Position numbers and translations under genes: made by a program. 64,000 nt of DNA from the NCBI RefSeq assembly GCF_001194135.2, contig NC_068989.1:70507185-70571184 (forward strand), read 5' to 3'. Below, one piece after another: positions 50,531 through 62,593 of the stretch; position 1 is the first letter of the stretch; each line of letters opens with the position of its first letter. Below the pieces are notes generated by a model, which was not told the DNA's origin, did not search any database, and worked only from the letters and a program-made list of their open reading frames with translations. Origin of the DNA: Octopus bimaculoides. Lineage: Eukaryota.

Positions 50531-51029
50531 GGATGCTTAAACGAAGCATCTTTTCAAAAACAAAAGGAAGAAGAGAACCAAAGTCCTAAAGGCAATGGCA
50601 AAAGGAACTGAAAAGACATTCCAGCAATCTCTGGAGGCAAAAAGTGAACTTTATTAGGCTTAAATTTCCCTACTCAGAGTGTCTAACTGCAAAATGATTG
50701 AAACATCTCACACGAAGGTGACTTGCCTTTGAGAAGTTTGACCATGTTAACAGGTACAGATTTGAACTCAGCCAATGACATGAAAGTTGATAATATACAG
50801 ACATCTAGGAGCCATGATCTGGATGTGATTCAGCCTGCTTAGAGTGTCAAGAGCTTAAGGCCCAAAACCCTGACATGAAAGAGAGGGTTTCTTCTCTGTA
50901 AACTTCTACTGCCAAACACAAGACAAAACTGCCGAATTCTGGGAATAGTCCAATGAATGCTGGGGAAAAAAACTGAATCACATTGGGAAAGCCAGAGACA
51001 CTACTGTACCTACATCTACATGGTGTTAT

Positions 51030-51300
51030 GGCTCATGGTCCAGAGGTTAGGGTACTGGGTTCATGATTGTAAAAGTTATAGGTTTGACCCCTGGACTGGG
51101 TAGTATGGTGTGTTCTTGAGCAAGGCACATCATTTTACATTGCTTCAGTCCACTCAGCTGAAAATGAATACCAGTGGGTTAACTCTGAATAGACTGGCTT
51201 CCTGTACAGGGGGGTAGTCTTCTACTTTCACTTGTCAAAACAACTTGGAAACTGGGGTAAGTTCTGGCCAGATAAGCCAGTAGGTTTGGCGCAGACTTAA
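51030..51300 (+). mobile_element. SINE family C copy
   Basis: ggtccagaggttagggtactggg head, gtgttcttgagcaaggcac core. Confidence 0.65.
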
Positions 51301-51614
51301 CCATCATACCACTATCATCTAGCTGGAATCACTAAAAATAGGGTTAGCAGGTGTACTGTAATAACTAGAATACCAGTATAATGTAGGTAACTAATAAAGA
51401 GTTAAAGGGTTTCATATTCATAATGAAATTAGGACATATGGTTAAACAGGTGAGCTTGTTGAACTGTAAGTAAAGGGACATTATTTGAACTGTAAGGAAA
51501 GAGATTTGTTAAACACTGTTTGTTTATAAAAACCAATGACAGAATTTGAAAAGTTGTCTTTCACAACAATATTTTTCTCAGTGTAACAAGAGCAGAGCAA
51601 ATGCATCCATTTAC

Positions 51615-51623
51615 CGTAAAGTG
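51615..51623 (-). CDS. MTSS1: Candidate 9-nt microexon CACTTTACG (xLY), phase 1-1
   Basis: About 45 nt of pyrimidine tract ending ttgttcttag|, donor ACG|GTAAAT; preserves the frame into exon E. Confidence 0.55.
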
Positions 51624-51895
51624 CTAAGAACAAGGAATCCAAACAAATGAGGAAAAACAAAAAAATATTGCAAGTATATAAACATTTCTAAACTGCAAAA
51701 CAAGATGATGTCAAATGTGAAAAGAGTGAGAGATTAAAAAAAAGAGAAGAAAGAAAAGTAACATAAATGGAGGCTGGCAGCCAGAAGTGATATCAGAGAC
51801 TACGACAATCACCAGCAGTATACAAGCAAACAGGGGACAAAAGTTGCAAGTGTAAAAAAGACTAAAAGGAAAGTAATCATTACAGCTGCACTTAC

Positions 51896-51897
51896 AC
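51896..51897 (-). other. 3' splice site followed 2 nt later by a perfect 5' splice site (tgtctttgtgtAG|GT|GTAAGT): 2-nt exon or recursive-splice-like site
   Basis: Read directly from the sequence; UGC at -21 and -17 relative to the AG. Confidence 0.35.
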
Positions 51898-52135
51898 CTA
51901 CACAAAGACAGGCAGGCAAATAAATAATTTTGTGGTTTGCACAGTTTAGATAGTGGTTACAAAAAGGTCAGTGAATATTATTTGTACAAGTGGTTACAAG
52001 GATCAGCGAAGGTCTCATGAATTTCCGGATTGTCAAAAGAATTTGGTTACAATATCATAAGACAATGGAAAATAAATGTTTATTTGGAATAATGAAGGAA
52101 CAATTAGAAAGAAGGATTAAATATATATACATATA

Positions 52136-52179
<44 letters not shown>

Positions 52180-52765
52180 TATATAGCAACGAATTTACTT
52201 TGAAGCTGATATGTTTATATAAATATATAATTGTGTATATTGTTTTACATCAGCACACTCGGGAGAAACAAAACGTTAATGATACACAAAAGTATTTGTC
52301 TTTTGCAACATTTTGGAAAAGAGAAAAAAAAAAAGTTACTGTAAGCAGTTGGATATTAACAGTGAATAAAAAAAAATTTCTAGTTAAACTGATAATATAC
52401 ACTTTGTTAATCCATTTTTGAGATTATTGAAGAAAAAAAAACAATCACATCTATTTACTATGGGGAAAAAAAAAAAAAAAAAAAATTATACTTCTTTTTT
52501 GTAATGGGAAGAAAGAATTCGTTACATTCTTTTGCACCTACTGGGAATATAATAAGCATTTGCCAACTTAAAAAAAGAACCCAAGAAAATATCTAATAGC
52601 TTATAAACAGAAATACATCTAAGAATTTTCCAGCAAACTGTTTACTTAAATTCAAGGTGTTTTATTTATATATTATTCATTTTACTCTTACAATAGATAT
52701 AAAAAATATAACTATAACCTGTTAAAGTGTAAGGATTAAAGTATATATATCCACCAGTAACAGTT

Positions 52766-53180
52766 CCAATTGGGAAGGGCATCAAACAGGGAGACACCAT
52801 ACCTTTAAACCTCTTCTTTGCATATCTAGAAATGGTCATCAGAGGTATTGACTGGACATGTGGAGTTAACATGAATGGTTAATACCACACCTCTGATTTT
52901 CAGATGGCATTGTACTCATCACTGAAACTACAGGTCAGCTGCAGATCATGCTGACAGAGCTGGACATCCATTGCTCAACATATGTCTTAAAATGAACTGC
53001 ATGAAAACAAAATACATGCAATCCAAAGATGTAGCACAAGGCTGAATAGAGGTGGGAAGCAATGAAATTGAGGAGGTAAAGGGGTATGTGTACTTAGGGC
53101 ACACAGTGAATATGCACCAAGATATGGAAGCTAAAATCAGAAATCCCAGAGAGAATAAGAGCAAGATGGAAGACATTTAA
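52766..53180 (+). pseudogene. RTE-clade LINE reverse-transcriptase fragment
   Basis: Broken translation GKGIKQGDTI..LF, DGIVL, LQIMLTEL, KMN..KTKYM, YVYLG. Confidence 0.8.
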
Positions 53181-53274
53181 CCTAAATAAAGGATGTGCTC
53201 CAAACGAAGCTGGGCAAGACAATATGTACCAAACTCTTCAGGACACAGCTTTGGGCAAAAAGTCCAAGAAGTAA

Positions 53275-54060
53275 TCATTAAAAAGTCAATCAGAGCCATT
53301 TCAAAGGACCTCAAGGTTTCAGAATGCACGATCAGAAGAGTTGTTCATGAGGACATCTGGTACAAGATGTATGTGATGCAGGGGGGATAGTTTATGTTGG
53401 ATGTCACAAGAGAGAAAAGTTCGATCTGTACAAAGTGCTTGCTAAACAAATTTAAAAATCAAGGTTAGAATGCTTTGGTTGTTTTCCAATGAGAAAAACT
53501 ACAATCAGGACCAAAAGGCAAACCAAGGACAAGACACATAGCTATGCAGACTTGAATGAAGTTCCAACAGTCAGTCATTCCCAGCAGTTCTGGGAGTCAT
53601 TAGCAACAAGGGAGATGTCATGCCTCCTCATTTTTTTTTACAGGGATTAAGAGTCAATACCACTATCTATATAGGTATTGGAGAAAGTTGTGAGGCTCTT
53701 GATAGACAGAGTACACAACAGAAGATTATGTCTTCCAACAAGACTGCAAGGTGAGAACAATCCAAGCATGGATGCATGCCAGTCTCCATGATCGTATTCT
53801 CCCAGACACATGGCCTCCTAGCTCACCAGACCTCAATCTACAAGAGTATTTATTATGTATGGGATGTAGTCAAGAGAGGGGTCAGTTAACATCCCCATAA
53901 CACCATGCAGTCTCTTATGTCCACCATAACCAGCACTATGTCCAAAATTGATAAAGATTATCTGATTCAGACACATCATTGCTTCCAACTCTCTAATAAA
54001 GCAGCCACTGAGGCTAACAGCGGATTCATTAGAAAGGTGTAATAAAAGGGTTCTCAAGAT
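53275..54060 (+). pseudogene. Tc1/mariner-superfamily transposase remnant (maT/DD37D-like)
   Basis: KSIRAISKDLKVSECTIRRVVHED, LGVISNKGDVMPPHF, YVFQQD and WPPSSPDLN..Y.VW..V...HPHNT across frameshifts. Confidence 0.75.
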
Positions 54061-54916
54061 TGTTTGTACCAATTAGTTTTCAAATACAGCTTTTCTTTGA
54101 TGAGCTATGTGTCTTTTTCTAAATTGATACAAATGACCTCAAAAACACTGATGCACTGTGTGTATGTATGTATATACAGATACACACACACACACATATA
54201 TACATATATATCTATTATATGTCTTGTAATTTAAAAGAAAGACCTCCAGTTAAAAGTGATTTTAAATTCATATTCTTACAGACAGCTGTATAGCCAAAAT
54301 ATATCAAGAAATAAATGAGCAATATCTGAAGACTAAAAATGACACAAAGAGTAAAATTACGCGCTTTAAACCTAATAGAGCATATGATACAGGTAACTGC
54401 CTTCTTAAAAAAAACACAAAGGAAAAAACCCAACTAAGTACCTTAGTTTAAGAGGGATACATTTTTCTTATCTAACAGTTATTCCCATAAATCAAGCCAG
54501 GTACTACATCAAAAAGGGATCTTCAATATACAAGTTATTGTAGCTATGTACTGTTGATAAAAAACTTAAAGACATTTGATAAAGACACAAAAATCACTTC
54601 TAAAGCAAGAATGCTTACAGCTGATTTCAATAAAAATTTCAGATTATGAATCTACTTTAGAAATTATTACAGGATTGTAGCTGTTGGTGGTGGTAGTGAG
54701 GAAATTTAGTGTTGGAAAAGGGAGTTTTTAATAGGAGGTGCTTGTTAGCAAGTTGCTAAGTTAAACGAAACATGGCAACAAATCAAGCATGTAATCCGGA
54801 AAAACACTTGATAACCACTACAACAGGGTGGTAGTAACAAAACAAGTAGTGAGGTGGTCTGGTTGCTGTTGTCACAGCAACAGGTTGCTGTAGAGGAAAG
54901 TGGACTGAGAACTCAC

Positions 54917-54955
54917 CTTGGAAGAGAAAGCTCATGAGGCGATCCCGGGATATAG
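54917..54955 (-). CDS. MTSS1: Candidate 39-nt exon F; frame ambiguous (AISRDRLMSFLFQ in phase 1, CYIPGSPHELSLP in phase 2)
   Basis: CT-rich tract ending ccgaag|, strong donor CAAG|GTGAGT; GC-rich island; two of the three frames are open. Confidence 0.65.
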
Positions 54956-56461
54956 CTTCGGGGAGAGATAGAGATAGAGATAGAAAGATAGGTAGGTAGG
55001 TAAGTGGAGATGCAGATGGAAGATAACGCAAATAACAAAATATTGACAGAAAGTTAATCTTAAAACCAAACAAGAAGACCATGTGGCAAACATTTTTAGA
55101 GCAAGAGAGAAAGAGAGAGAGAGGAGAAGGAGGGGAAAAGGAAACAGTGGTTCAAAAGACGGTGAAGAATCTACTAGTTAAAACCTACAAGAGATGGTGA
55201 AAAGGAGAGACAAAGGAGTGTAGATAGAGACAGATAGAAATAAGGAAAAAAGGGTGCAAGAAAGTGAGTGTTACAAGGGTATGGGGTAGGAGGAGGAATC
55301 AGAAAGATAAACAAATATTCAAAAGAGCATGTTTCTACAAATATCTTCATTCAGTTTCACTAAGAATACTGAATGATAAAAAAAAGATGAAAGAAACACG
55401 TATATACAGATAAGAAAAAAACAAAAACAAAAAAAAAACAAATCTCCATATTTACTTTCAAATAATAATGGAATTATTTTAATTTCAACGATTTCTCTTA
55501 TATTCTTTTTTTAATATCAGTTTTACTGGAATGTTTACAAGAATTTCCATGCAAAACTATGAAACAGAAAGGAAACTGTTGACATGGGAACACTACAGGG
55601 GAAGGTGTTGGTGATAATTGACATTCATAACAGATCCAGTAGACTCAATCAAAATCACTGTCTGTCAGTCTATCTCTCGAATTGAATCCAGACAAGGCAT
55701 CAGTCAGTCATACAAAAGGATCAACTAACAAGGATCAGGTGCTAATAATGGTGCAACAATGGAACGTAACCCAAAGACATGCTGAAGAGGAGGTTCTTTC
55801 TTTTGGAAAATGCATGCATCTGGAGACAAATTCCAATGTATCAGTCTTTGTTAGCGAAATCATTGATTTGGAGAATAAGTACTTAAGAAATAACTGAGAA
55901 GAATCAGGCGGGAAAAGAATATATATAGAGAGAGAGAGAGAAAGAGAGAAACTAGAAACAGAAATTTAAAAATACATGCTTGAAATGTAATTATACATGC
56001 ATACATACACATATGCATGTATGTATGCACACAAACTCTAAGACAAACATGTTTACAGGAATGATTTTAATATATAATCACAAATTAGTCAAGCCTCTTT
56101 CATTACAAAGAAGAGCTATTTGAAAGAATTGAAAATTATATTAATAACAATAATAATATTAGTAGGAATAAAGCAGCTACTGCCTGTCCCTGGTCCCACC
56201 CCCACCCACAGAAAAATAAAGAATAAAAAACTTAATAATAATAATAATAGAAGGTATAGACGCTTTACTGTGCCAAAGTGTTTTATTACATGGCAGACGG
56301 AAAAAAGTAGTGTTGTTATGAGCAGGAGTGTGCTGATGATAATGATAGTAGTGGTAGTAGTAATAGTGATGTGCTGTTTTTACTGCAAGAAAGAAAGGTA
56401 GCAATATTATTTCCAATGGCTCAAAAATGGTTACATCTCATCTGTAAATAACTTGTGACAT

Positions 56462-56464
<3 letters not shown>

Positions 56465-56535
<71 letters not shown>
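56465..56535. repeat. (AG)n microsatellite
   Basis: Read directly. Confidence 0.95.
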
Positions 56536-56630
56536 AAAAAAAATCCAAATTAATGCAAGGCCCAGTCCCTTCCATGCAGTTATAGAACTACATTCATCTA
56601 TAGAAAATTTAACAGTTCTTGATTCCCCAT

Positions 56631-56661
<31 letters not shown>

Positions 56662-56720
56662 AAAGAGAAGGACAGATAAATCTATTTAACATACTGCTCT
56701 CTAACATTGAAGTATGCACT

Positions 56721-57225
56721 CAACCTTGGCAGAATTTGAACTAAGAACGTAGCAGCTGACAAAATACCACTAAGCATTTTGTCTAGCATGCTAACAATTC
56801 TGCCAGCTCACTGCTTTTTTAATAATGATAATAATAATAATAACAACAATAATAATGATATTGTCATGTACTGTTTATCTTGATATGAGATCACCATGTT
56901 GCACACATATGGTTGTGATGCATGTACCTTATCAGACAGGTAGTCATGATGGGTATACTGGGCTTTGTATATTTTACCCCAGTGTCACTTTGAGGGCATG
57001 CACTACTCTCTCACGCAATAATGATAATTGGCACAAGGTCAGTAGTTTTGGGAGAGGAACTGAGTCAGTTATATCGACCCCAGTGCTCAACTGGTATTCA
57101 TATTATAAACCTCAGTAGGATGAAAGGCAAAGTTGACTGGTGGAATTTGAACTCAGAACATAGCTAGACAAAATACTGCTAACAATTTTGGCAAGCATGC
57201 TCACAATTATGCCAGATTACTGCCC

Positions 57226-57268
<43 letters not shown>

Positions 57269-57470
57269 TCTAATTTTGGCAAAAACCTAGCAATTTCAAG
57301 GGGAGGGGTGGCAAGATAATTACATTGACCTCAATTCTTTACATTATTTTATTCACCTGAAAGGTGGATGGGCACGGTTGACCTCAGCAGGAATGGAACT
57401 CAGATCATAAAGAACCAATAAAAATACTGCCAAGCATTTTATCCAATTATTCTGCCAGTTAGCCACTTAA
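56721..57470 (-). mobile_element. Cluster of three family A SINEs with (AAT)n spacers
   Basis: Copies at 56721-56815, 57018-57226 and 57270-57470. Confidence 0.8.
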
Positions 57471-57752
57471 ATAATAACAACAGAAAAGCCAGATAATGGT
57501 TTTTAATCTGAGTCGACAGATTACATCTAATACCCCAAGAATACTTTCCTGCTTATCAAATTTCCCCTCACAGGGTTTTGGCTGATTCTAGACTATGGTT
57601 GTAGACATTTGCCCAAGTTATTTTAACCTAATGTCTCTATGAGATGAGATGACCAAGAGAAATGAAACTGCCATTGAAGAATAAGTGAACAGCAAATGAG
57701 AAAAAAAACAACAAAAAAAATAGAATAAAAGAACCGCAATGGTGAAGTGTAC

Positions 57753-57792
57753 CAGTGAGAAAAGCCATGCTTATTAGCCCATATGTCGTCAG
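57753..57792 (-). CDS. MTSS1: Candidate 40-nt exon (ADDIWANKHGFSH or LTTYGLISMAFLT depending on phase)
   Basis: Strong acceptor tatttgttgcag|, weaker donor CTG|GTACAC; GFSH recalls NGFSHY in vertebrate MTSS1. Confidence 0.45.
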
Positions 57793-58082
57793 CTGCAACA
57801 AATATAATATAAAAACAGAGAGAGAGAGAGAGAAATGTCTGTATAAAAGGCATGCAAATATCAAATATTAACTAGATTATTATATCTGGGCTCGAATATG
57901 AGCAAATCCCTACAATCCTTGGTAAATGAAATGTTGAACAGAAATATACCACTTTGTGACAATGGTGTTTGTAGTTTTACACAACCATTTTTTTTCATTG
58001 TTCTTTTTTTATCAATGAATAATTAATAAGTTTGATCTCTGTTTAATAGTCCACTCTTTGCTTCTATATATATATATATATA

Positions 58083-58246
58083 CTTTATTTAAAAGCAGCA
58101 GAAATATAACAAAAGACTGTTACTCTGAGTTTCACGTTCCCGTTCATCGGACAGTTTTGTTAGAAATGGAAAAACTGTCCGATGAACGGGAACGTGAAAC
58201 TCAGAGTAACAGTCTTTTGTTATATTTCTGCTGCTTTTAAATAAAG
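58083..58246. repeat. Perfect 76-bp inverted repeat with a 12-nt loop (foldback/MITE-like)
   Basis: 58083-58158 is the exact reverse complement of 58171-58246, checked base by base. Confidence 0.95.
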
Positions 58247-58316
58247 CATATTACTCTACCTCTGGTATTTGAGTACTCTTTTTTCCACCTTGTTGCACAT
58301 TTTATGTGCTTACTCT

Positions 58317-58389
<73 letters not shown>

Positions 58390-58811
58390 ACACACACCAT
58401 AGGACAGGTTGTAAGTTTTCTATAGCATTGATTGTTGTGACTAAAAGCTTCAAAGAAGAAAGCAACTATTTACACTAGGCATAAAACAGAGGGTTATAGT
58501 AGCCACCCTCCCCAGCTCTCCAACTATGTTATTACTGTATAACTTAAATCAATTTAAGTGATACTGAATCGAACATCTGCTGTACAGCAGAAAATTTGTA
58601 ACAGCATGAAGTGAAAGAAAAAAAAATCAACTCTGTTTTCCTATGCTACAGTATATATTGAACCTACAAACTACAGATCCAGTAGTGAACACTAAGTTGC
58701 TATAACCATTCCCAAATATGAAGAATCCAAGCTTAAGGAGATGGTCATAATCAAACTAATCTCCCTTTGCTGTTGGTGAAAACACAATTCTAGGTATATA
58801 TAGTATACAGG

Positions 58812-59172
58812 GGTGGAGGCGCAATGGTCCAGTGGTTAGGGCAGCGGACTCACAGTCATAGGATCGCAGTTTCGATTCCCAGACTGGGTGTTGTGAGTGT
58901 TTATTGAGCAAATACACCTAAAGTTCCACGAGGCTCCAGCAGTGAGTAGTGGTGAACTCTGCTGTATTCTTTGACAACTTTCTCTCACTCTTCCTTCCTG
59001 CTTCTGCTGTACCTGTATTTCAAAGAGCCAGCCTTGTCACGCTGAATCTCCCTGAGAACTACGTTAAGGATACACGTGTCTGTGCTCAGCCACTTGCACG
59101 TTAATTTCACAAGCAGGCTGTTCCATTGATCGGATCAACTGTAACCTTCGTCATCGTAACCGATGGAGTGCC
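58812..59172 (+). mobile_element. tRNA-headed SINE (family C-like), well preserved
   Basis: tggtccagtggttagggcagcggactc A-box region and gtttcgattccc B box. Confidence 0.7.
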
Positions 59173-59724
59173 ACAAGTATAGAGGGTAAGACAGAAGAAT
59201 GTTCTCTATTTTACACAGCTATTGCTGTTGAATTATTTAAGAATGGTAAATCTGAGGTATTTTTTGATGCACCTTGTATATAACTTACAATTATAAAATA
59301 CCTTTGAATTTGCCAAAACCTACTATAAAATGTGTTTGTACAATTACATTTTCAGGTTATAAGCTGTGTCAGTTGGTAAGACATTTCAAATTCACTGCAT
59401 GTGTTTCCTTGTTATCTGTGAGTAGGGTACTTAGTTTGATGCACCCCAGTTCACAAAGTTGCCAAGAATAGTTCTGGAAATGTCACTAGTGATAGAGTAG
59501 TGTGCTACCTCACGGTGTGTGTGTTAGTGTGTGGGATTTATCTCATCTGCTCTGATGCTATAACACCAGAGATAAGAACCAATTTTTATGAATGTTTCAG
59601 AGAATTTTTTAAAAGTATTCTGAAACTAAAACAGAGGTGGAGAGGGGGGGGGGGGACAGAAATCTAGTTGCCAAGTCATGAATAAATAGGTTTTTCAGTA
59701 AAAATTAAAGCACTATCAAGCAAT

Positions 59725-60228
59725 NNNNNNNNNNNNNNNNNNNNNNNNNNNNNNNNNNNNNNNNNNNNNNNNNNNNNNNNNNNNNNNNNNNNNNNNNNNN
59801 NNNNNNNNNNNNNNNNNNNNNNNNNNNNNNNNNNNNNNNNNNNNNNNNNNNNNNNNNNNNNNNNNNNNNNNNNNNNNNNNNNNNNNNNNNNNNNNNNNNN
59901 NNNNNNNNNNNNNNNNNNNNNNNNNNNNNNNNNNNNNNNNNNNNNNNNNNNNNNNNNNNNNNNNNNNNNNNNNNNNNNNNNNNNNNNNNNNNNNNNNNNN
60001 NNNNNNNNNNNNNNNNNNNNNNNNNNNNNNNNNNNNNNNNNNNNNNNNNNNNNNNNNNNNNNNNNNNNNNNNNNNNNNNNNNNNNNNNNNNNNNNNNNNN
60101 NNNNNNNNNNNNNNNNNNNNNNNNNNNNNNNNNNNNNNNNNNNNNNNNNNNNNNNNNNNNNNNNNNNNNNNNNNNNNNNNNNNNNNNNNNNNNNNNNNNN
60201 NNNNNNNNNNNNNNNNNNNNNNNNNNNN
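59725..60228. other. Assembly gap
   Basis: N run. Confidence 1.
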
Positions 60229-60229
60229 G

Positions 60230-60604
60230 GCACAAAGCCGGAAATTTTGGGGAAGGAAGAGTGAGTTGATAAAAACAACCCTAGTATTTGTCTGGTACTC
60301 TATTTTATTGGCTGTCAGAAAGATGAAAGGCAAAAATGAACTTGGTGGGATTTGAACTCAGAAGGTAAAAGTGCTGGAACAAATACAAGGAACTTTTGCC
60401 TGATGCTCTGATGACTCTACCAATTCACTGCCCTTGTTTAACAGAGCTCTAATAATCCTTTCTACTGAAGGCACAAGGCCTTGAAATTTTTGGGGAGGAG
60501 ACTAGTTGATTACATTGACCCCAGTGTTTCACTGGTACTGAATTTATTGACCCTGAAAGGATGAAAGGCAAAGTTGACCTTGGTGATAACAGAGCTCTAA
60601 TAAT
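60230..60604 (-). mobile_element. Two family A SINEs; the second (60457-60587) is 5'-truncated with a 17-bp TSD aacagagctctaataat
   Basis: TSD at 60440-60456 and 60588-60604. Confidence 0.85.
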
Positions 60605-61964
60605 GACATCATAACTAATAAACTTTTTGGATAAGGTGCAGTGTAGCATATTGAACTGATATTCATCAATATTATACTAGAAGGGTGTGTGTGGGGGGGT
60701 ATGCTATATTTGTAGTCAATAGATCAAAAGACACCCTACCAATTTCTGCTGTCCACCACTCTAAAGAGCCCAAATAATTCCTCTATCAGTACATCTGAAA
60801 AAAGTCTGTGTGTAAAGCCCATTCGAATAAGAAAGAAGTATAGCAACAAATTTGCAAAACATTGCAAAAGAGATAAGTTGAGTCAATGAGTCAACTACAT
60901 GGGGGTAACTTGCAGCCCATGGAACCTTCTAAATGGCATCCCTAATGAAAAGTAACTTAATTTTTTTTAGTAGTGTGGCCTGCCTGATGATGGACATTGT
61001 ATCAGGCAGCCTGCTTCATGAAGAGGTTGCTGATTCCTGGGCTATACAGTTGAGTGGCCTGCTAGAATTAGCAACCAAATTTCCCTGAAATCACACCACT
61101 ACTGTATTTAAAATGGAAAAGACACAAAATATTACAATATGGTTGAAAATAGACAGAATGTTTATGGCTGGGACACCTGCGAACATAGGTCTGCTTGACT
61201 GAAGAAGGCTTGAGGGCTGAAATAACTAAAAAAAAAAAGGGCAGTTGGTAACTTTTGGATATTAGATTTACTACTAAGTATCACCTGAATGGTTTTTCTA
61301 GTTTAAACCCTCTACAGTTAATCTTAGCATTTGCAATGCTAAAAAAGGTAACTCTGGTTTGTACAACAGAAGAACATGGTAGTCAAAATAGACCTAAAAT
61401 AGCTTGAATCAACAAGCTGCAACCTGAGTTTGTTCCAATGAGGTTTTCAGCAGATACCACTGCTGAGTATTGCTTAAAAAATATGGTTAGTGAGAGAATT
61501 AAGAAAGCAGGAATTTGATATCTGGCAGTGTGGTTATGACATCCATGGAACCAGTTCCATAAAGATTGGTGTAGTTTTGGCGTGCATTTGATTACAATGA
61601 TTTCTGTACACCAAAAAATGGTAAAATGTGAATGGAATGGTGTAAATGCTGAAAGGTGAGAGGCTGAAATCAAGCAAGAAATCCAGAGAACAATTCCAAG
61701 AACATCGGTAGAAATTATTCTTTACAATGTAGAGTACATCTTTTTCTTTTTTCTTTTAATCACCTGATAATTTAATTAGTCAATTATTATTTCAGTAACT
61801 CATAACATTCACACATACACATTGACAACTCTACATTGCACTTGCAATTAACACTATATTTCCTGTTACCATAATTAGAAACAGTAGCTAAGTTTGGCTG
61901 GGCTACTGCTGTGTAGGAAAACAAAAATGCACTGTTAAATCTGCTAGAACAGTATATGTACACT

Positions 61965-62537
61965 GAGTGGCTTGTGTGGTTAAGAAGTTTGTTTCCCAAC
62001 CACATGCTTTCAGGTTCAGTCCCACCAAATGACACCTTGGGCAAGTGTCTTCTACTATAGGGCCAGGCCAACCAAAGCCTTGTGAATGGATTAGGTAATC
62101 ATCATCATGTCTGCTTTCCATGCTGGCATGGGTTGGATGGTTTGACTGAAAACTGGCAAGGTTTCTATGGCTGAATGTCCTTCCTAATACCAACCACTCT
62201 GAGAGTGTAGTGGGTGCTTTTTATGTGCCACTGGCACAGGTGCCATTGACTTGGCATTGGCCATGACTATGGTCTTACTTGGATTGACGGATCAACACAA
62301 GCATGATGTATCACCAAGGGTCTTGGTCACCTGTCACTGCCTCCATGAAGCCCAAAGCTTAAATGGTGCTTTTTATGTTCCATTGGCATGGGTGCCAGTC
62401 AGACAGCACTGGCATCAGCCACAACTACAATTTCACTCGGTTCAAGAGGTCTTCACAAGCACAGCATATTGCTTGACGACTGAAGGGTGCTTTTAATGGG
62501 TCAGTTATGTGACTTCAGCATTGACCACAAACTCCTA

Positions 62538-62593
<56 letters not shown>

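Noticed and set aside
50560-51010. Possible decayed CR1/L2-like LINE end
   Set aside because: Motifs too degraded to call without a database
55560-55900. Unique, moderately GC-rich block upstream of exon F
   Set aside because: Stops in all minus-strand frames after the acceptor-like site and no clear promoter signal; may be a conserved non-coding element
58812-58885. tRNA-like sequence
   Set aside because: No complete cloverleaf; it continues into a SINE body
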